A DNA stretch of 64,000 nucleotides, counting the filler, from Diploschistes diacapsis (Eukaryota), in NCBI GenBank assembly GCA_023645945.1. It is 8 parts of 8 records of this genome, joined end to end, with 100 filler letters (N's around TTAATTAATTAA, not from the genome) between each part and the next. Parts side by side here need not be neighbours in the genome. Positions count along the whole stretch, not along the records: positions 38,641 to 43,838 come from JALAIB010001586.1; positions 43,939 to 49,135 come from JALAIB010001587.1; positions 49,236 to 54,422 come from JALAIB010001588.1; 5 more parts are not named here. One strand, given 5' to 3'. A program made the translations under genes and the position numbers. The notes under the pieces were generated by a model. That model did no database searches, was not told where the DNA came from, and saw only the letters and a list, made by a program, of their open reading frames with translations. Shown here piece by piece: positions 38,641 to 51,956 of the stretch (within the stretch, counting starts at the first letter, position 1; every line of letters begins with the position of its first letter).

Positions 38641-40003
38641 GCATCAACCCCCTCAACCCCTCCATCCGGTAATCATCCACCACGCTCTCCCAATCATCCC
38701 TGACAAGCCCCCACGTCTCCAACTCGTTCTCCCTCGGCTTGCGCGGATTAATCGCCCAGTAACCCCAATCCGCGCCGCAAGCGCGGAGCCACTTCATCAG
38801 GTTCCCCCAATAGTGCGTGTCCCCCTTGCCCGGGGTGTCCGGCACGCCCATCTCGGCCACCCACACGGGCGCCACGTCGTCCTCGAGCAGGAACGCCCAG
38901 TTCTTGCGCATCTGCAGCACGAAGCCCGGGTACGGCCGGCGCGAGAAGGGCGCCATGTCGCCCCACCCGCTCCAGGCGAACACGTGCACCGAGTAGACGA
39001 CGCGGTGCGGGATGGCGAGGGCGACCGGGTCCCGCCGCGCGCCGCTGCAGTCGTTGGCCGACCCGAGGCCCTCGACGAACATCAGCCAGTCGGGGTTGAG
39101 CGCGTGCAGGCGGTCCGCGCAGCGCGTCGCCGCGCGCCGCCAGCCGGCCCACGACGTCGTGCCCCACAGCCCGCGCGGCTCGTTGCGCAGGTCGCAGCCG
39201 ATCACCAGCGGATCGGCGAGCAGCGGCTCCATGATCGCGACCCAGTGGCTGATCCACTGCTCCTCGGTCTGCCGCACGCGGCAGAAGGGGCCCAGGTGGT
39301 CGTTCTTCCAGCTCGCGTCGCACAGGTTCTTGCCGTCGTACCAGCCCGCTTGCGTGATGTGGTTGTTCACCACGACGCCGAGGCCCGCGGACGTGCAGGC
39401 CGCGACGACGGCGGCGAAGACCTCGAGGGCGCGCAGGCCCTGTAGGTCGCGGTTGGCGCTTAGCAGGTGGGCGGGGATCAGCGGGTTCTTGAGCACGAGC
39501 TCGTCGCTGTAGGGCAGCCGCACGGAGTTGAAGCCCATGCTGCGCATCGTCTGCGCGATGTGGCTGCGGTGCCGCACGTCGAGGCCGGACGGGACGAAGA
39601 GGATGTCGGAGCCGCCGTACCAGTTTATGGAGCAGAGCTTAACGTGCTGGTGGGAAGGGGAGTGGATGTAGCGGCCGTGGGTGTGGAGGGGGGTTTGGAA
39701 GAGTGGCGGGAGCATGTCGGCTGGGGCTGGTGTTGAAGATGGTGCGGAGGAGGCAGACGAGGTGGAAGCGGTAGGGAGTTGTGGTGGTGGTGGAGGGTTT
39801 GAGATCTTGCGGAGGGTCATGCTGGGTTTAATTTGCTGGTATCCAACGCGGAGTGAAGGCCAGCTTCGATCCAGTAGTTTGCGCCGAGGGTTTGGTGAGT
39901 CTTGCTTTCGCTGATGGGCAGATGATATATACGGCGGTGTAAAGATTAAAGAGTACACTGTATCAGAAAGCATGGTACATGCTCGGAGGCCCGGCATAGG
40001 CAC
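38641..40003 (-). CDS. Glycoside hydrolase family 5, truncated close to its 3' end; start codon uncertain
   Basis: GFNSVRLP, VNNH, DLRNEP (acid/base), YSVHVF, VWVAEMG (nucleophile), WGYW. Confidence 0.88.
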
Positions 40004-40279
40004 ATTGAGGACTCGGAGCTGACAGTTTAATGACGTCTCCGTGGGATTTAGGTGGTTGCACCGTTGTCGCAGTTGCCGGCACGGCCGATTTGCTCTACAG
40101 AATACGTTTAAACGTTAATGAAAAGCCAGAGAGCAAGTATAGGGGTCGCCTGTACAGGAGGGTATCTACTTGTTCTCTGTTGCTTTTGATCTCTCTAGAT
40201 ATAAAATTCTTGGATGACCTGGTTCTATGTATATACATATTTTCCAACGCTATTCAGCAGACTTCCGAAGGTACACATC

Positions 40280-42797
40280 TTACAATCGAGCAGATGACTG
40301 AATGGCTCTCCGTGGTGGCCGCTTCGTAGATGTGATGTCCGAGCTGGAGGCCGCGCTAGCCGCCGTCGCATACAACTCTCTACCCATTCTGTCCGCTAAC
40401 CTCAGCACGCGGGTTGAGACGGTTGCATTGTCCCGTCTGTTCTTTCCCTCTCTTCGAGATTTCGCTCTAGTGAGTGTGATCAGCAGAAACAACAATACTC
40501 GCAAGAAGCCAGCTTGGCACGTACATCATCTCAGTAAAATCCCACAACTTCCCTTCGGACTTGATATGCCCCTCATCGTCCCGCTCTGGCGTCCACGCGG
40601 GCGACAACTGCATCTTCACTGGCACCGCAGGATCGCGACTCTTCGCGATGGAAATGATGCCCTCCTCAACAAAGCGTTCGAAGGAGCGCCCAAGTACTTC
40701 CTTGTTCACGGCTTCGTAGTAACTCAGATCGCCCTGGTGGTACAGGGTCTTTCCAAATAGCTGTGCCATGTCCTGGGCCTTTTTGAGCTCTACCCATACA
40801 TTCCCCGGAGAGCCTCTGGGCGGGGTCAGGGCCATTAGTGAGACAGCCGCGAGCCAGCTCGCTTCGACAAAGGGCCAAATTAGAAATGTATAAAAGTCAA
40901 AGTTCTCCCGGCCATGAGCCCTCTCCTCACTGCTAAGTTCCACGCCTGTGATGTTTCCATGCTCGTCCCGAGAAGTTGTGATCACGCAGTCTGATTCCAA
41001 GCCGTCGAGCGTCTTTCGTAAGTTTCTTCGAAGACCTTCTGTCGGGAAGATGAACTCTGTTTGGAAGAGCTAGGTTGTTAGCAGGCTTAAGTCTATTATA
41101 ACACAATGGTCACCTACTTGGGATAGGAAGGAAACTTGATGATGCACTTCATCATAGGATATCTTCTGGTTTGCGGGCCCGCCACCTTTCTTGACCTGGG
41201 TGTACATGCCTGCACAGAGCAGGGCTTCTGAGACAAAGAGGTGGATTGTCATGTTACGATAGAACGACAATTGGAATCTATCGGCTGCATAGTATGTTTC
41301 TTCTGCAAGGCCCTCTACCTTGCCGACAAGGCCAGGCCCGAGGACTTCAAGCGCTCTATCAACAACAACAGCGACTGGTGCACCATAGAAATGCGCAACT
41401 CTCCCATCCTTCGCTCGTACTCGCTCGCTGAGCCATTCCACCCGTCTGGTGAGCTCGGATTTGCCAACACCTCTCCCACGCAGCGTAAGGAGCACGGTCC
41501 CAACAAGAGCAGTAGGCATGACGACCGAGACAGCATTGATATCGGACAAGACTCGGTAACCTAGTGTCCTTAATAGGCGTATCCGCGGCGGCACGACTGA
41601 GGTTTGACCATCCGGCGATTGCCTGGCTTGCTGGTCCGCAACCCATGTTTTAAGACTCCATGGCTCATGGAAACGAACATCCACACGACCCAACTTTAGA
41701 GACAGCACCGAAGATGAAGAGAGAAAGTCATATATATTTTCCTTTCTCTTGGGCTGGCCAAGCAGCTCAGAGATGTAGCTTTCAGTCTCTAGTACCTTAT
41801 CATATTGCGTACTGACGGGGCAGATGATCGCGTCTCTCACACGGCCGGACATAACGGCGTCGAGAACATAGCTGAGGATGCCAAACTTCGGTGGCAGCAG
41901 CTTGCCAGTCCTTGACCGGCCCCCTTCAATAAAAGCCTCGAGGTGAAAGCCCCCTCTCATTAAGGTTTCTATGTAGGATTGGACAACGGTTCCATAGAGG
42001 GCATCCCCCGCAAAGCTTCTCCGTATCCACATGGCGCCTGCGCTCTGAAGAAACTGCTTGACACCAATAAACCCCAGATTGTCGCCCGCAACAACAGTAG
42101 GAAGCGCAATGCCCAGTCGATAGCATATCAGCTGTAACGATACATAGTCCACATGAGACCGGTGGCATGGCAGAAAGACGATGGGCAGCTGCTTTTTCGC
42201 AGCGTCTGCAGCAACGGCGCGCAACCTCAGGACCTCTTCGCTGGAGACATGGATGCCTTGGTGGTATGCTCTCGTGAGAAGCGCCGTAGCAACATAGTAT
42301 GCTCCTCGAATAAAATGCTTGCTCTCCATCTTGCAAATCATGTTGTTCAGCATCTCGCGCACTACATCCTCCAAGCTTCTTAGTAGCTCCTCTTTCCGCT
42401 CCGCTCTCTTCTTTCCTCCCATCTTCGGATCTTGGCCGAGCAGCCCAAGTCTTTGCTCCTCCTCCAGCCTCTTTCGCGCAAGCTCATGTATCCTATCTTG
42501 AAGCATCGGCGTCCTCATAGTATTATTGATCATGTTCTCGCTGAAGCCTTTGTAGAAAATTGGTTGACCGATTACATCGTCGTATGCCCTCCATCCCGTC
42601 CCAGAGACGTGCAAGGAGACCTCGCGAAGAAAGTCCAGCGGCGACTCTCGAAATCTTGCCATGTGTTCTACCAGGTTGCGCTCCGGACCAGAGCTGGGCG
42701 GCTGGTTCTGTCCTGGATGCAAGGTAACTTGGTCGCCTAGGATCTCGAGGTCCGGTGCAGAGGCCGGAGCCTGTGGGCCTGAACTTGGATCTGACAT
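40280..42797 (-). CDS. Glycerol-3-phosphate / dihydroxyacetone-phosphate acyltransferase (PlsB/GNPAT-like), 3 exons
   Basis: CHRSHVDY (HxxxxD), GAMWIRR, FIEGGRSRTGK, ICPVSTQYD. Confidence 0.9.
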
Positions 42798-43106
42798 TGC
42801 GGACACGGTGGGTAGTGTTATCGTACCGACATAATTGAGAACTGTTGTCTTGACAGCTTCCGGGGTTGGTCAAGATTATCAGAGCCCGAGACTGACTTCT
42901 CGGAATAAATTTTGCCGATACATCTTCACTCTACATTGAAGAAATGAATCTTTCTAACATTGTTATGTTTCTTTACTGTAGCAAAAATCTATACATTTCA
43001 GCTCTCAAAGATACTAACAAGTATTTAATCCAGGTCATAGAGTAACTCCGTGGGATGCAGTTATTCTGACCGAAAGGTTTATTGATAATTAATATATAAT
43101 TTAAAA

Positions 43107-43420
43107 TAGGCTGGCCGTTTCGTGCCACGGTCACTGACACGGACACTACAGCAAATTTTTTTAAAACACGGACACTAACACGGACACGATAACTAAAATT
43201 TTTAAACACGGACATTAACACGGACATTATATTATAATAAAAACACGAACACGGACATTATAATTAAAATTTTTAAAATATTAATATTAATACGAACATT
43301 ACATTTCCGTGAATCCACGGACACGGACACCGTAGCTAAAAAATCTAAAACACGGACCCTGACACTGTCAGTGTCCGTGTCACTGACACGGCCGTGTCAG
43401 TGTCAGTGACGGCCAGCCTA
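43107..43420. mobile_element. Non-autonomous MITE-like element, 314 bp, hAT-like
   Basis: Perfect 12-bp TIR TAGGCTGGCCGT / ACGGCCAGCCTA, numerous ACACGG subterminal motifs, no ORF. Confidence 0.75.
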
Positions 43421-44750
43421 ATTATAACTTAATAAAGCGATACCGACGATTTAATTAATAAAAATACCGATACCAATTTTTTATTAAATATAACATCAAT
43501 TACGCAGATTTTAAAAAACAACGATATTTCGAATCAAGATATAACGGAATATAAGAAATCGGCTTAAATATGCGATCCAATCCCTAACGTCAGACTAAAT
43601 ATTCGAGAACCTTTAAGAACTAACTTAAGCGAAGAAGCAGCGTACATGTTTCGTACTTCAGAAAGAGTTATAGGCAGGAAAGAGTACCTCCGAAAGAAAG
43701 CTCTTATCGTTAATAATCGGAAACATCCCGATTATATACTTCTTAACGAATACAGAAACTTCGGATACGATTACGCCAGGTACGAAACATTGATATATAT
43801 CTTTTACGGAAAATTAATTACTAACGTAACATTTTAATNNNNNNNNNNNNNNNNNNNNNNNNNNNNNNNNNNNNNNNNNNNNTTAATTAATTAANNNNNN
43901 NNNNNNNNNNNNNNNNNNNNNNNNNNNNNNNNNNNNNNGGGGAAAGGGAATTGGGTGGAAGAGGAGGCACAAGCGTGGAAAGGGAAGGGAAAAGACTGGG
44001 AGAGGGAGAGGGAGGGAAGAAAAGTGCTCAGGGTTCTTCCAACAACTCCCACATACCGAGCTGTGAACAACGGCCAAGGAGTGTTCTCCGTACCGGCAAG
44101 AACTTTGGCCCCCAAGGTAGAAAACCTGGGGTTGATTGGGTAGCGCATGCCGCAAAAATTTTTGTTTTCACGGATCAAAAAGTAGAGAAGGGAGCCCCCG
44201 CCCGCGACTCCTTGCAGTTGTAGTCAGTCACTTCTTAAGACACTCGAGTACTTGACCAACGCTCTTCTCCCGGCACGTGTTGGGAAGTTTAGGTAGCAGG
44301 TGTTGGCTTCAGGTTCTTGTACCCGGCAGTTGCTCAGTCAATAGCCGGAAGCGGTGCTTATCTTTCGATGATTAAGACAGCAGCTACCAAAGATATGTAG
44401 AGAAATTCGTAGTAGAGAGATACAAGACAACAAGTGGTGTGACGGACGACAAACCATGCGCTCACGAACAAACGTCCCTGCGTCGTGATCTCTGCCTCCA
44501 TCACGTCGAGCATCGTGGAACTCATCAACCAACGTGCTAAACTTGATCAGAAGTTCCCCCACCATCTTGCCACAAGTTTATCAAGTGAACACATTTATCG
44601 CATGTGAGATAAACGAATATGAATTCGCGATGAATCCGAAACTTCCGCGTCCGCACTCGCGCGCCCACCTACTTTTCCCTTGTAGCACAAAGATGTGCCA
44701 CTCACCCGGACAAGTACACGAGCCTACTCTCATGATAATCCGGTAACATT

Positions 44751-46975
44751 CTATGGTCTCCAAGGCTTGTATCTATATAGTATCGTCAGCTCACACTCTA
44801 CCCGTCGCTTTCTTGGGGAAATGAGACGCACCTCCAAATGCGGGCACGCATGTCTCCACTGCCGGTGGCGAAGAGCTGCCCTTGAGGACTGGGTGCGACG
44901 GAAATCACTAAAGCACATCAGAAAGATGCTTTTGCCCGGTAGGCTTCCCAGCTGAACCAACATACCGGAGTTTTTGTGTCCCTGCAGCATTAATTGTGCA
45001 TCACCTGTGCGCGGATCCCAGAACTGCACGCCACGGTCTTTGGATCCGCTGAGCACCCACTTGCCGTCGGTCGTCAATGCTACGCTGAGCACAAAATCCT
45101 ATGCGGATTCAATCAAAACACTTACTCAGTATGGGCGCGGATACAGTACTAACTTTATGGCCTTCAAAGGTACGGATGCAAGTGCCTGGGCGCGTCGAAT
45201 GACCCATCAAAGGACGATGGTCTGCTAGCTCCCACATCTTGATGGTCTTATCCAGGCTTCCGCTCACAAGCTCTCTCCCAGTGGGTGCAAATGCCACCGA
45301 GTACACACTATCCTTGTGCCCTTCTGGGCCGTCGAGCCTCTCATACAGGTCACCTCTCCGAGTGTCCCAAACTCGGACGCTCTTGTCGAGCGATCCTGCC
45401 GCAACGTAAGCGCCGTCAGGAGACATGGCGACTGTCGTGACCCCGTCTTCGATCGACAAGGTCAAAATTTCGATGCCCTGCTCAATGTCCCATACCCGGA
45501 CTGTCCTATCACCGCTGCCAGAAGCAATGTGTCTTCCATTGCGAGCAAAATCCAACGAATAGATGTCTTGATCATGTCCGGCGAATGTGTTCTTTATCTG
45601 CTTGGTGGCGATGTCCCATACCTGTAGGGTGTTAGCTCAAGACTTGTGCAAGCCCAGACTATCATCCTACTCTAATCAGCTTGTCCTCGGCTCCTGTAGC
45701 CAAGTATCTGCCATCGGGACTGAAGCACACGCTGCGGATGTAGAGGTCTCCATCCTTCTCAACGGAATCATCCTGTAAGCAAGTAATCTGTCTCCCAGTC
45801 GATACATCGTAAATCTGTGCAGCACGGTTACAGCCAGTTGCCACATACTTCCCATCATAACTAAAGCGAACACAGCATACTACACTCTCATGTTGCAAAT
45901 TATGTACAAGCTCCACGTCTAGGACTCTCTGGACCCGGGGATTGAACACGGCGAACCAATCTTCACCCTCACGCTTTTGAGTAGGGGGCATCATATCCGG
46001 GTTGAGATCCGCTAGCTGATTACCAACGTCCGGGGCCCGGGATGTTTGGGGTGGTGGCGTTGGACGAGGAATCTGAGGGGAACCTCTGGTGTCAGGATAT
46101 GCCGGTTGAGGGTTTTGCTGCGGAGTATTTGGCTGCGGAACACGGATAGGTGGCCTCTTTCCTGGGCCTGGAGATGCTGGCTGCGGTGGAACGCCAGGCC
46201 CATATCCTGTATCTGAGTAAGTATTTTTTTCAGAGAGAGAAGCGAAATCTGCAACTACCGTTGGGTGGAGGAGGGTAATTGAACTGCTGCTGCGGGGGTT
46301 GAGGACCAGAAGACTGAGGCATGGAGTGCTGCTGGGGCCCTTGCGACTGTTCGGGAGGAGGCGCAAGGCCGGGTCCGCCCGGACCGGCAGGATTTGATAT
46401 GATGTTTTGAAATAGGCCAGACTGTCCAGAGCCTATGTTGGGTGGCTGAGGGTGAGGAGGCTGGTTATGAGGTGGCCCGCCCATGTGGCCTGGGGGACCG
46501 CTGCGTATCTCGAGTTCGTGGCGTAAGCGATTAACTTCTTCCTCATACCTAAGCAAGTGGTGAGATACAAGTATCCTGCCAGGTCTCCTTTGGGACAATA
46601 CCTGTTCTTTATAGCAACTTGTTGTTGCTCAAGAGTGTACAATTTCTGTCGGATCATCTCCATTTCCTGCATCTGCGCCGTAACTATGTACGAGTGTTTG
46701 TTAGTGAAGTCCCGGAAGAGGAAAAGAGGAAGGGAAAGGGCATTTGGAAGAAGAAGCGCAGGTGAGATACGTTAGAAACAGCAAGGCAAGTAAATCAAGT
46801 CATTGAGACTGGCAAGAGTGGTCCTTGAAACTTGACAGCAGGCAGCTCACTCACTTTGATTCTCATACTCGCCGCTCCTGTTCGTCTGGTTGTCAAATTC
46901 CGCACGGACCTGATCAAGCAGCTCATTGAGCCTCGCATTCGGAGCAGCCCCCATCGCTCTATGAGCGTTATACAT
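44751..46975 (-). CDS. TUP1: General transcriptional corepressor Tup1/RcoA/RCO-1, multi-exon
   Basis: [14 protein letters not shown]-terminal domain, [52 protein letters not shown]. Confidence 0.97.
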
Positions 46976-48370
46976 CTCGTCCAGTATTGTTGTGCAATGC
47001 GAAGCAATCTTCGAGCTTTTGAACTTTTCAGTCAATGTTATATGGATATTTGCTGTGTCGCAGGCACTTCGCGCAGGGCCCTAATTGTTGGGGCGTCGGG
47101 AAGCAGAATGGTGGAAGGAGGTGGGGGCAAACTGCCCACGGAAAAGGAAACTAAGGTCCGATCGCAGGAGTCAGACCACAAGCGTTGGTACAGACGTGCA
47201 CGTCCAGCTTGCATCAAAGATGTATGCAAGTTGCCTGGATCCAACCTCTGCGGAACTGCGACTATCGCAATCAATTACACCGCTATACAAGGTGAACTGA
47301 AGAAGCGACCTTGGGAGAGGCTATACCGAAAGGATTGGATGAAGAGCAGTCCAGGACGTTCAGCGATTGCGATTTAGACTGAAAACTTTTACAAAGTGAA
47401 TTGGACGTGGAAATTGAAGCGATGGGTGGAAAAGGTGATGCAGTTTGCAAGAGAGAGAGGAGAGTGGAGCTCTAGCTGAGTACAGGATCGGCTAGCAGCA
47501 GGGCAGCCTTACGGTCTACTGCTAGCCTACTAGTTACTGCGTTACAACCTTGAGCGGTACTACAAAGTGGAGTAGTAGGCACAATGTTGCCCCTAGTAAC
47601 CGAACAGCTATAAGCGCTTTTTATATCCAAAATATCCTCCCTTTTTTATCCCTTGTAAGTGCCTTTTTTCTTATGTTTTTGGCTGAATTAAACCTATATA
47701 CACTCCATAATTCTGAACGCTTTTATCGAAACGAAAACTCGATCTTTGTCGGTATTGTCTCAAGAAGTCGCAGCGGCCTCTTCATCTTTACGATAAGCTT
47801 ACTGGCCGCTCTGGAAGATCTTTTAATCACGAATAGCAGTAGTTTTTAAATATTACGATTAATTTTCCCGGCTTATAAACGCTGTACGCGTATCGCGAGG
47901 ATCTTGTATATAATAGTTAAAAGCTTAACGTCGGAAACTCGGAAGATTTTCGAGCCGGGAAATTAGTATTTATTAACTACTGACCGCAGCATTTCTTAAA
48001 GAAACATTTGAACTAGGAATATCCTAAAGGAAATTGTTGAAAGTAGTGGAAGTTTCCTAATTAAAATAACAAGAGGCTAAGATATATTCTGAACTAACCT
48101 TAACTAGGAAATAATTCCTAGCCTGCCTAGCCTAATTAGCTGACTATTGTTCAGTAAGGTTATTGATGAGAATAAAAATAATGTCTGTAAACAATGGGAA
48201 GGTGAGAGACGTTATATAAACACATTTCATGTTAATTGTAACAGATGCCTGTGACAGTCCTCCAGACAAGCGGAGTGTCTCAGCCCTAGTACCGCGCCAA
48301 GGCCACAGGCCTATATAAGAGGAGTTTTTAAGAAAAGTCTCCTACTTTTCTTTAAAAAAAATTATTTATA

Positions 48371-49135
48371 ACGTGTTTGACGGGGATTCCGGCCACCCCC
48401 AGATTCCGGCCACTTTTGCCAAGAAATATTTTAAATCATTATTAATTCATCAATATTGGCCGTTATTTTTGTTTTTTACGAAATATTGTTTTTCGACCAT
48501 TTTTTTATTATATTTAAAAAGTGTATATTGATTACGACGGCAGATAACTTTATTAAGCGAATAAAAAATTACGATTCGGGAACCCGGATTTTTTAATCTT
48601 TCGAAATCGGTTATAAGTTAGTATTATAAAACGTATTTTTAATAAAAGAACTATTATGAGCGGTTTTATGCGTAGATTTTGTTAAAAATATTAAAAAAAG
48701 GTTTATTTAACGTTATATAGTTGTTATGTGGCTTTTTCCTTAAAATCTAAAGGATTTTAAATAACTTAGCCATATAACGGTTAATTCTCGGTTCTTTTAA
48801 AATGACTGAAAAGTGATGGAAAAGATTACATAACGATAGTATAACGTCGAAGAAGGTTTTTTTTGTATTTTTAATGAAATCTACGCAAATAACCTTTTAT
48901 AATAGTATATTTAAAAAAAATTTTACGTTATAATAGATTTTAACAGGTTAAAAAATCTACTTTTTCGAGTAACGTGTTTCACGGGGATTCCGGCCACCCC
49001 CAGATTCCGGCCACTTTTGCCAAGAGATAGTTTAAATCTTGAATAATTCTTCGAAATTAATCGTTATTTTTATTATTTTTTTAAAATATTACTTTTTAAT
49101 CAATTATTTATCATATGTAAGAAGTGCATATAGAT
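48371..49135. mobile_element. AT-rich nested DNA-transposon relics with two same-orientation Fot1/pogo-like left ends (48371, 48972)
   Basis: TA|ACGTGTTT(G/C)ACGGGGATTCCGGCCACCCCCAGATTCCGGCCAC twice, each followed by about 120 bp of diverged shared sequence. Confidence 0.7.
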
Positions 49136-49799
49136 NNNNNNNNNNNNNNNNNNNNNNNNNNNNNNNNNNNNNNNNNNNNTTAATTAATTAANNNNNNNNN
49201 NNNNNNNNNNNNNNNNNNNNNNNNNNNNNNNNNNNCTTGGGGGGAGGGCAGGAGGGTGTAAGGGTAAAGTAGAAGCAAGTAGATAGATATATAGCGGGTA
49301 TGCTGGTAGAATTATGTAGGGGAGTATAGATAGCAGATGTAGAGAGATTTCGAGGCGATTAGGAGATTGAGGTGAGGGTTTAGGGCGGAGTGCACTTGTT
49401 GAAAGAGTAATACCACGTGGTGGCGATTTGGGAATGGAAGAGATCTTGATGACGACAACTCACATGCAGCGTCGGAATAACCCCTGCATGGGGCTTTCAC
49501 TAGATTTTGATTTTTTATCTGAATATCTTCTTCCATCTGTATTCTTGCAAAGAAGCATTCCATAATCCTGAGCTTGTCAACAGTTCCCAGATTCTATCTT
49601 TCAATGACTTATAGATGCTTTGTTAGGCAAAGTGATGATAACAGGCATTATACCTGGTATACAAAGCAACAAGATCCGGTCCACTCCAGAACATCCAAAT
49701 GCACGGTGGTGAAATATTCACTTACAAAGGCTTCTTATATATTTCTATTTATTAATATCTGCAATTCTTGTTATAAGACTGCCTCGCAATTCATACACA

Positions 49800-51956
49800 T
49801 CACATACTAGTCGTCCCATCGGTAGCATTATACCCCACGCCCAACCCCACCGGACAATTCGGCACATTCGCCTGCCAATCCGGCGCCGTCTTTGCGTACG
49901 CCGGCAAGTACGAATTCGTAGTAAAGCTCGGCGGCATATAATCCAAAACATCGTTCGTCGTATAATTAATCCCCGTCTGCGCCAGCGCGACCAACACGTC
50001 CTGCGCGATGAAATCCAGGAAGATCAGATCGACCGTCACCGGCATCGAGCCGTTTGCTGGGAAGGAGGCGTTGGCTTGGAAGTCATTGGGCGTTTTATAG
50101 TAGGGGATAGCGGTGTGGATGGTATCGTCGCCGTCGGTGCCGAAGTCGTCGGTGGTCACGTAACCGGGCGTGATGGTGCGTTTTTGTAGGCGGTTGTGGC
50201 CGCGCGTCATCGGAATAGAACGAGAACGTCGGTGTAGGGAGTCATCGTGTGCAAGCTTGGAAGCGTCGACGCAGGCCTCGCCACCGGCCGCCTGGCTAAA
50301 GGTAAAGTCGCGGGGCGAGAATTGTTGCGAGTGCCCGGGTACGCTCCGCTTCCTCTTCTCGTATGGTCCGGAGTTCAAAAGACCAAGGACTTGTGCGGCA
50401 TTCTCGTACGGCACGTTAGGGAGGAACTCAAAGCTGTCGGAGAAGGGAGAGACGATAAAAGAGTCGTCATAGGTGAAGGGGCCTTCAACGAGGTCGAAGC
50501 GCACGCTGCCTGTGTTGAGGATTATGAGCCGAGGGTTGTCTTTGCGAGTTTCGTTGATAACGGTGGCCGCCAAGGCTTCAGTGAGGATCGTGTAGATGCT
50601 GCCGGGGGAGAGAAAGGGTGCGCAGTCGATGCACCAGGTTTGAGGGGCGCAGCCGTAGAGAGCTGTCAGATTGAGCTCTTTTCTTAGGCTTGTTATGTCG
50701 TTCGAAATACTGACTCCTTGACTAGTGTTGAATGTATTCGATTGGGAGCCTACGGCATGGTACGCAAAGGAGAGTCTATTCCAGTCGAGGTACCGACGGA
50801 ACCACTTTAAGTTCTTGAAGGCGGCAGGCACGACTCCAGTGGTACTGTTCGCAGGATGCGTGGGATTTGATACACCTTTTGGAGTCATCGTGCCGTGGTA
50901 TGTAGAGGAGTTGATCCCGCTCATAGAAACCCAACCAAGTGTTTCGCAGTAGCGGCCGGACTCAATCCCGGTGCTGCCAGCATCGTAGATCGCAAAGTCC
51001 CTAATGTGGGTGTGTCCACCAAAGACCTGAATAGGTGTGGTCGGTCTTAAAGCGCGAATTGCCTGGAATATCTGGTCGCAGCGTTAGTGTTTCTACCAGA
51101 GCTAGCTGGGACGGTACTGACTGTTCCAAGGGTGCTTCCACTACTCTTTCGCAGAGGATTATGGCCCATCAGAATGAATAGATCAACGGGCTCGGTGTAG
51201 TTGACGGCAGCGGAGAACCAAGGCTCCTGAATCGCATCTGCGGCTTTGATGACCTTCGAAGCATTGCTGTTGCCTGTAAAGTCGTATAGGAAACCAAATG
51301 CCATGATACGGAGGCCCTTGGGAGTCTTGAAGTAGCGGTATTGCTTGCCAACGTACTCGTACTGCTGGGTCTGGTTGTTGAAGACCTGGACGTTGCTCGT
51401 AACGTACCTATCTCCGTAGTGACTGGCGAACTGGGTTGCAGTGAGGTATGCAATGTCGCTAACGTACAGCTCGTGGTTGCCGATAGTCAAAAGATCATAG
51501 TTCACATTCTCGAACACTGGGTTCGAGAGCACGCCGTCGGGGCTTTCTGCATCGCTCAGGCCGGCGCCGTCGTGCAGATCACCGGTATCAAGGATGATGC
51601 TTAGGAATGTCAATTGTGATTCCTCTAGGAGTACTCCAGACTAACAGATCGACATCCAATGCGGCTGCCTTTGCCCTCATGTGCTGGGCAAAGGATTTGA
51701 AGTCGCCCCAATCCGCGCCATAATTTTCTTCCTTCAAGTGGCCTTCAAGCCAGCCATGAGTGTCGGTCGTATGGATAAAGTTTATCTGCCCCCACGATAG
51801 ATCTGATTTTGGCGGATCGGTAGCGGCGAGTGCGTCCGGCTGCATACGTTTGACATGGCGAACATGTGCTCCACTTTTGCTGGGTCCATAACAGCTATCG
51901 CAAGCAAGAGCAGGAGTGATAGCTAGGAGCAGGCCTAAGATTGAGGTGAACAGCAT
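49800..51956 (-). CDS. Secreted calcineurin-like metallophosphoesterase / 5'-nucleotidase-like protein, multi-exon
   Basis: Signal peptide [58 protein letters not shown]. Confidence 0.88.

Noticed and set aside
38748..39736. Long overlapping antisense and alternate-frame ORFs over the GH5 (also over the thiolase, 54550-55581)
   Set aside because: Shadow ORFs expected from high GC content; no recognisable domains
34003..40003. Apparent three-gene glycan cluster (acyltransferase-3, GT32, GH5)
   Set aside because: The GH5 lies beyond an artificial spacer on a different size-sorted contig, so linkage cannot be inferred from this window
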